From NCBI GenBank assembly GCA_964016885.1, contig OZ024749.1, positions 10,726,001 to 10,790,000 on the forward strand: a DNA stretch of 64,000 bases. The letters are read 5' to 3'. The position numbers and the translations under genes are program-made. Origin of the DNA: Eledone cirrhosa. Its lineage: Eukaryota. Shown here piece after piece: positions 56,901 to 64,000 of the stretch (the first letter of the stretch is position 1; each line of letters begins with the position of its first letter). The notes beneath the pieces are model-generated. The model saw nothing but the letters and a program-made list of their open reading frames with translations, was not told the origin of the DNA and searched no databases.

Positions 56901-57076
56901 TAAAAATCTGGTGGGAGGCCATGTAGAAGATCACGCCATCTAGCGTCGTCTTTGAAGGCAGCCGATTAATTGCCCTTAGTTCTGACGTCAGTAGCTGAAA
57001 CAATCACTCTTGAACGGTAAATACCTTGGAGTGAATAGACGTGCTTCCACGCAGTGACCCAAACAGCGATATCACA
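53940..57076 (+). mobile_element. Ty3/Gypsy LTR retrotransposon remnant (pol, 3' UTR, PPT, putative short 3' LTR); gag and 5' LTR absent
   Basis: Domain order is RT-RNaseH-IN. PPT-like tggtgggaggcca precedes TGTAG at 56922, with a tentative LTR end ..ATCACA at 57076. Confidence 0.9.
54151..56655 (+). pseudogene. Gypsy pol: reverse transcriptase, RNase H, integrase (disrupted)
   Basis: Motifs [55 protein letters not shown] and ERFHRQLK. In-frame stop at 54895, plus a deletion/frameshift near 56005. Confidence 0.95.
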
Positions 57077-57284
57077 CCATGCGGTCGTGGCATAATTTGA
57101 TGATTGAAAATTACCCAACCTAGAAGCACTGATGTATTTAACTATATTATTTAATTGCTCTAATTAATGTTCATATAACATAATATTGAGGTATGTTCCT
57201 TCTTCCTTGTTTGACCATGTGCCAGTATATAATATCCAATTAGACGGAATGTCTGACCACGCCGCCTAAATATAGATATATATT

Positions 57285-57551
57285 CTCAGACTGGGTGATG
57301 TGTTGTTTCCTTGAGCAAGACACTTTATTTCACATTACTCCAGTTTACTCAGCTGTAGAAATGAGATGATAGGACTGGGGTCCATATCATTCCACTGCAA
57401 AGTGGTCGTGGAGGTGCCACGGCAAAAAAAAAGAAAAGCACCCAGCACTCACTGTGAATGAGGTTGGTGTTAGGAAGGGCATCCAGCTGTAGAAATCAAG
57501 CCAGAATCAGTTCCCGTCCCACCCTTGCAAGCAGAGAAAGGCGGACGTAAA

Positions 57552-57582
<31 letters not shown>
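57285..57582 (+). mobile_element. 5'-truncated SINE (44417 family) with (GAT)n tail
   Basis: Reverse complement of ~44430-44690. Confidence 0.9.
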
Positions 57583-57583
<1 letters not shown>

Positions 57584-57639
57584 ATATATATATCATCATC
57601 ATCACCGTTTTACGTCCGTTCTTCCACGCTAGCATGGAT

Positions 57640-58140
57640 TATATATATATAGTTGAAGGAAACAACAAAGAGAGGTACAAAAAGTCTTATTAGTTTCATA
57701 CTTTATGGAAAGAGGGAAAGTTTGACATGTCAGGTTTTAGCCCTTCTTCAGGAGTACAAAAATAGAGACAGGATCAAAAAGGAAGATAGAGAAAAGTAAA
57801 ACACAACAAAAATCAAGTGAGTAAACAAGACAAACCGTCAGGTAGTCTTGGTAAAGATCTTTGAACACAAAGTGAAATGTGTGAGTATTAGTGTCGATAT
57901 TATATGTGAATGTATGTTTGTTTAAACGTGTGTTTTTTCCCTCCAAAAACAAATGTCATCATTTCTCCTTCTCCTCACTTTCTATCTTTCTATTTCTTTG
58001 TTTTATTTATCCATTCTTTCCTCTGACGAAGGACTAGTGACTGAAATGTAAAAACTCTTTTCCTACTATATCAAGCGTTAAATTAATACATTTCTTCATT
58101 GTACTGTTATGTTTGTTTATTGTTTCCATTTACTCCCTCC
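57640..58140. mobile_element. Divergent pair of old Penelope-like terminal repeats with hammerhead-like cores
   Basis: Minus 57721-57752 CTGAAGA-AGG..CCT-GACATGTCA and plus 58023-58050 CTGACGA-AG..CT-GAAATGTA, each followed by similar aaact..cc..taata sequence. Confidence 0.5.
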
Positions 58141-58348
58141 ACACATATATAAAATTTTACGCCGTTTCTTTCTTGTCACTCTACAGGGCACCCCATCCCT
58201 GTCACTTTCCTTGCCCACCTGCTTAACCCAAAATCCTTCCTCAACCACATCCACTCCTGCCTTAAGCACTTCATCACATGACTTCTTTCCCCCTGCTATC
58301 TCCAACCCACACTCAACTCTCCTACCTCCTCTTTGCTCAAGCCCACCA

Positions 58349-61300
58349 AAGTAATTGGTGTTAGGAAGTGTATCAACTATAGAAACTAAGCTCTCAGTAC
58401 ATGCTGTAAAGTAATTGGTGTTAGGAAGGGTATCAACTATAGAAACTAAGCTCTCAGTACCTGCTGTAAAGTAATTGGTGTTAGGAAGAGTATCAACTAT
58501 AGAAACTAAGCTCTCAGTACATGCTGTAAAGTGATTGGTGTTAGGAAGGGTATCAACTATAGAAACTAAGCTCTCAGTGCCTGCTGTAAAGTGATTGGTG
58601 TTAGGAAGGGTATCAACTATAGAAACTAAGCTCTCAGTACATGCTGTAAAGTAATAGGTGTTAGGAAGGGTATCAACTATAGAAACTCAGCTCTCAGTAC
58701 CTGCTGTAACGTAATAGGTGTTAGGAAGGGTATCAACTATAGAAACTAAGCTCTGAGTACATGCTGTAAAGTAATTGGTGTTAGGAAGGGTATCAACTAT
58801 AGAAACTAAGCTCTCAGTACATGCTGTAAAGTAATTGGTGTTAGGAAGGGTATCAACTATAGAAACTAACCTCTCAGTACATGGTGTAAAGTAATTGGTG
58901 TTAGGAAGGGTATCAACTATAGAAACTAACCTCTCAGTACATGGTGTAAAGTAATTGGTGTTAGGAAGGGTATCTACTATAGAAACTAAGCTCTCAGTAC
59001 ATGCTGTAAAATGATTGGTGTTAGGAAGGATATCAACTATAGAAACTAACCTCTCAGTACATGGTGTAAAGTAATTGGTGTTAGGAATGGTATCAACTAT
59101 AGAAACTAAGCTCTCAGTACATGCTGTAAAGTGATTGGTGTTAGGAAGGGTATCAACTATAGAAACTAAGCTCTCAGTACCTGCTGTAATGTAATTGGTG
59201 TTAGGAAGGGTATCAACTATAGAAACTAAGCTCTCAGTACCTGCTGTAAAGTAATTGGTGTTAGGAAGGGTATCAACTATAGAAACTAAGCTCTCAGTAC
59301 CTGCTGTAATGTAATTGGTGTTAGGAAGGGTATCAACTATAGAAACTAAGCTCTCAGTACCTGCTGTAAAGTAATAGGTGTTAGGAAGGGTATCAACTAT
59401 AGAAACTAAGCTCTCAGTACCTGCTGTAAAGTAGTTGGTGTTAGGAAGGGTATCAACTATAGACACTAAGCTCTCATTACCTGCTGTAAAGTAATTGGTG
59501 TTAGGAACGGTATCAACTATAGAAACTAAGCTCTCAGTACCTGCTGTAAAGTGATTGGTGTTAGGAAGGGTATCAACTAGAGAAACTAAGCTCTCAGTAC
59601 CTGCTGTAAAGTAATTGGTGTTAGGAAGGGTATCAACTATAGAAACTAAGCTCTCAGTATCTACTGTAAAGTAATTGGTGTTAGGAAGGGTATCAACTAT
59701 AGAAACTAAGCTCTCAGTACCTGCTGTAATGTAATTGGTGTTAGGAAGGGTATCAACTATAGAAACTAAGCTCTCAGTACATGCTGTAAAGTAATTGGTG
59801 TTAGGAAGGGTATCAACTATAGCAACTAAGCTCTCAGTACATGCTGTAAAGTGATTGGTGTTAGGAAGGGTATCAACTATAGAAACTAAGCTCTCAGTAC
59901 CTGCTGTAAAGTAGTTGGTGTTAGGAAGGGTATCAACTATAGACACTAAGCTCTCATTACCTGCTGTAAAGTAATTGGTGTTAGGAACGGTATCAACTAT
60001 AGAAACTAAGCTCTCAGTACCTGCTGTAAAGTAATTGGTGTTAGGAAGGGTATCAACTATAGAAACTAAGCTCTCAGTACATGCTGTAAAGTAATTGGTG
60101 TTAGGAAGGGTATCAACTATAGAAACTAAGCTTTCAGTATATGCTGTAAAGTGATTGGTGTTAGGAAGGGTATCAACTATAGAAACTAAGCTCTCAGTAC
60201 ATGCTGTGAAGGGATTGGTGTTAGGAAGGGTATCAACTATAGAAACTAAGCTTTCAGTACATGCTGTAAAGTGATTGGTGTTAGGAAGGGTATCAACTAG
60301 AGAAACTAAGCTCTCAGTACCTGCTGTAAAGTAATTGGTGTTAGGAAGGGTATCAACTATAGAAACTAAGCTCTCAGTACATGCTGTAAAGTGATTGGTG
60401 TTAGGAAGGGTATCAACTATAGAAACTAAGCTCTCAGTACATGCTGTAAAGTAATAGGTGTTAGGAAGGGTATCAACTATAGAAACTCAGCTCTCAGTAC
60501 CTGCTGTAACGTAATAGGTGTTAGGAAGGGTATCAACTATAGAAACTAAGCTCTGAGTACATGCTGTAAAGTAATTGGTGTTAGGAAGGGTATCAACTAT
60601 AGAAACTAAGCTCTCAGTACATGCTGTAAAGTAATTGGTGTTAGGAAGGGTATCAACTATAGAAACTAACCTCTCAGTACATGGTGTAAAGTAATTGGTG
60701 TTAGGAAGGGTATCAACTATAGAAACTAACCTCTCAGTACATGGTGTAAAGTAATTGGTGTTAGGAAGGGTATCTACTATAGAAACTAAGCTCTCAGTAC
60801 ATGCTGTAAAATGATTGGTGTTAGGAAGGATATCAACTATAGAAACTAGCCTCTCAGTACATGGTGTAAAGTAATTGGTGTTAGGAATGGTATCAACTAT
60901 AGAAACTAAGCTCTCAGTACATGCTGTAAAGTGATTGGTGTTAGGAAGGGTATCAACTATAGAAACTAAGCTCTCAGTACCTGCTGTAAAGTAATTGGTG
61001 TTAGGAAGAGTATCAACTATAGAAACTAAGCTCTCAGTACATGCTGTAAAGTAATTGGTGTTAGGAAGGGTATCAACTATAGAAACTAAGCTCTCAGTAC
61101 CTGCTGTAAAGTGATTGGTGTTAGGAAGGGTATCAACTATAGAAACTAAGCTCTCAGTACATGCTGTAAAGTGATTGGTGTTAGGAAGGGTATCAACTAT
61201 AGAAACTAAGCTTCCAGTACATGCTATAAAGTGATTGGTGTTAGGAAGGGTATGAACTATAGAAACTAAGCTCTCAGTACCTGCTGTAAAGTAATTGGTT

Positions 61301-64000
61301 TTAGGAAGGGTATCAACTATAGACACTAAGATCTCAGTACATGCTGTAAAGTAATTGGTGTTAGGAAGGGTATCAACTATAGCAACTAAGCTCTCAGTAC
61401 ATGCTGTAAAGTGATTGGTGTTAGGAAGGGTATCAACTATAGAAACTAAGCTCTCAGTACATGGTGTAAAGGGATTGGTGTTAGGAAGGGTATCAACTAT
61501 AGAAACTAAGCTTTCAGTACATGCTGTAAAGTGATTGGTGTTAGGAAGGGTATCAACTATAGAAACTAAGCTCTCAGTACCTGCTGTAAAGGGATTGGTG
61601 TTAGGAAGGGTATCAACTATAGAAACTAAGCTTTCAGTACATGCTGTAAAGTGATTGGTGTTAGGAAGGGTATCAACTGTAGAAACTAAGCTCTCAGTAC
61701 CTGCTGTAAAGTAATTGGTGTTAGGAAGGGTATCAACTATAGACACTAAGCTCTCATTACCTGCTGTAAAGTAATTGGTGTTAGGAACGGTATCAACTAT
61801 AGAAACTAAGCTCTCAGTACCTGCTGTAAAGTAATTGGTGTTAGGAAGGGTATCAACTATAGAAACTAAGCTCTCAGTACATGCTGTAAAGTAATTGGTG
61901 TTAGGAAGGGTATCAACTATAGCAACTAAGCTCTCAGTACATGCTGTAAAGTAATAGGTGTTAGGAAGGGTATCAACTATAGAAACTAAGCTCTCAGTAC
62001 ATGCTGTAAAGTAATTGGTGTTAGGAAGGGTATCAACTATAGACACTAAGCTTTCAGTACCTGCTGTAAAGTAATTGGTGTTAGGAAGGGTATCAACTAT
62101 AGAAACTAAGCTCTCAGTACCTGCTGTAAAGTAATTGGTGTTAGGAAGGGTATCAACTATAGAAACTAAGCTCTCAGTACATGCTGTAAAGTAATTGGTG
62201 TTAGGAAGGGTATCAACTATAGAAACTAAGCTCTCAGTACCTGCTGTAAAGTAATTGGTGTTAGGAAGGGTATCAACTATAGAAACTAAGCTCTCAGTAC
62301 ATTCTGTAAATTAATTGGTGTTAGGAAGGGTATCAACTATAGCAACTAAGCTCTCAGTACATGCTGTAAAGTGATTGGTGTTAGCAAGGGTATCAACTAT
62401 AGAAACTAAGCTCTCAGTACCTGCTGTAAAGTAATTGGTGTTAGGAAGGGTATCAACTATAGACACTAAGCTCTCATTACCTGCTGTAAAGTAATTGGTG
62501 TTAGGAACGGTATCAACTATAGAAACTAAGCTCTCAGTACCTGCTGTAAAGTAATTGGTGTTAGGAAGGGTATCAACTATAGAAACTAAGCTCTCAGTAC
62601 ATGCTGTAAAGTAATTGGTGTTAGGAAGGGTATCAACTATAGAAACTAAGCTCTCAGTACCTGCTGTAAAGTAATTGGTGTTAGGAAGGGTATCAACTAT
62701 AGAAACTAAGCTCTCAGTACATGCTGTAAAGTAATAGGTGTTAGGAAGGGTATCAACTATAGAAACTCAGCTCTCAGTACCTGCTGTAAAGTAATAGGTG
62801 TTAGGAAGGGTATCAACTATAGAAACTAAGCTCTCAATACATGCTGTAAAGTAATAGGTGTTAGGAAGGGTATCAACTATAGAAACTAAGCTCACAGTAC
62901 ATGCTGTAAAGTAATTGGTGTTAGGAAGGGTATCAACTATAGAAACTAAGCTCTCAGTACCTGCTGTAAAGTAATTGGTGTTAGGAAGAGTATCAACTAT
63001 AGAAACTAAGCTCTCAGTACATGCTGTAAAGTAATAGGTGTTAGGAAGGGTATCAACTATAGAAACTAAGCTCTCAGTACCTGCTGTAAAGTGATTGGTG
63101 TTAGGAAGGGTATCAACTATAGAAACTAAGCTCTCAGTACATGCTGTAAAGTGATTGGTGTTAGGAAGGGTATCAACTATAGAAACTAAGCTTCCAGTAC
63201 AAGCTATAAAGTGATTGGTGTTAGGAAGGGTATGAACTATAGAAACTAAGCTCTCAGTACCTGCTGTAAAGTAATTGGTTTTAGGAAGGGTATCAACTAT
63301 AGACACTAAGATCTCAGTACATGCTGTAAAGTAATTGGTGTTAGGAAGGGTATCAACTATAAAAACTAAGCTCTCAGTACATGCTGTAAAGTAATTGGTG
63401 TTAGGAAGGGTATCAACTATAGCAACTAAGCTCTCAGTACATGCTGTAAAGTGATTGGTGTTAGGAAGGGTATCAACTATAGAAACTAAGCTCTCAGTAC
63501 ATGGTGTAAAGGGATTGGTGTTAGGAAGGGTATCAACTATAGAAACTAAGCTCTCAGTACATGGTGTAAAGGGATTGGTGTTAGGAAGGGTATCAACTAT
63601 AGAAACTAAGCTCTCAGTACCTGCTGTAAAGGGATTGGTGTTAGGAAGGGTATCAACTATAGAATCTAAGCTTTCAGTACCTGCTGTAAAGTAATTGGTG
63701 TTAGGAAGGGTATCAACTATAGACACTAAGCTCTCAGTACCTGCTGTAAAGTAATTGGTGTTAGGAAGGGTATCAACTATAGAAACTAAGCTCTCAGTAC
63801 ATGCTGTAAAGTGATTGGTGTTAGGAAGGGTATCAACTGTAGAAACTAAGCTCTCAGTACCTGCTGTAAAGTAATTGGTGTTAGGAAGGGTATCAACTAT
63901 AGACACTAAGCTCTCATTACCTGCTGTAAAGTAATTGGTGTTAGGAACGGTATCAACTATAGAAACTAAGCTCTCAGTACCTGCTGTAAAGTAATTGGTG
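58349..64000. repeat. 60-bp satellite (~94 units, continues past the window end)
   Basis: GTAATTGGTGTTAGGAAGGGTATCAACTATAGAAACTAAGCTCTCAGTAC(A/C)TGCTGTAAA. Stays in register on 60-base lines with no indels. Confidence 0.99.

Noticed and set aside
58687-63906. Minus-strand 20-aa repeat protein (SIVDTLPNTNYFTACTESLV)
   Set aside because: The unit length is a multiple of 3 and its consensus lacks stops. TGA variants are propagated with duplicated blocks, and the unit resembles a non-coding retroelement cassette.
58349-64000. Telomeric repeat (TTAGG within the unit)
   Set aside because: There is one TTAGG per 60 bp, inherited from the cassette, and it is not a tandem telomere array.

Overview
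Repeat-dominated animal genomic DNA (intergenic or intronic). The repeat families look like those of an octopus/cephalopod, which is an inference from recalled motifs. No intact host gene, rRNA, tRNA gene or CRISPR array is supported, and nearly all long ORFs are translations of simple repeats. The window contains a Tx1/L1-clade LINE 3' remnant, about 25 kb of simple/minisatellite arrays (including a 12.8 kb 11-mer array), several RTE-clade LINE fragments, tRNA-derived SINEs, non-autonomous Helitrons, a TTAA (piggyBac-type) MITE, an R4/Dong-clade LINE with a head-to-head inversion, a decayed Ty3/Gypsy pol with PPT and 3' LTR, Penelope-like remnants, and a 60-bp satellite running off the right end. 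Three observations stand out. (1) A two-subunit hairpin cassette (A ~49 bp, B ~63 bp) is shared by an RTE LINE 3' UTR and a SINE, and appears to have seeded three tandem arrays here: 48 bp (A), 112 bp (A+B) and 60 bp (B). (2) A 1,859-bp tandem duplication has breakpoints in the 112-bp units and a chimeric middle element. (3) Four long fold-back palindromes and several lone motifs carry degenerate hammerhead-ribozyme cores typical of Penelope-like elements.
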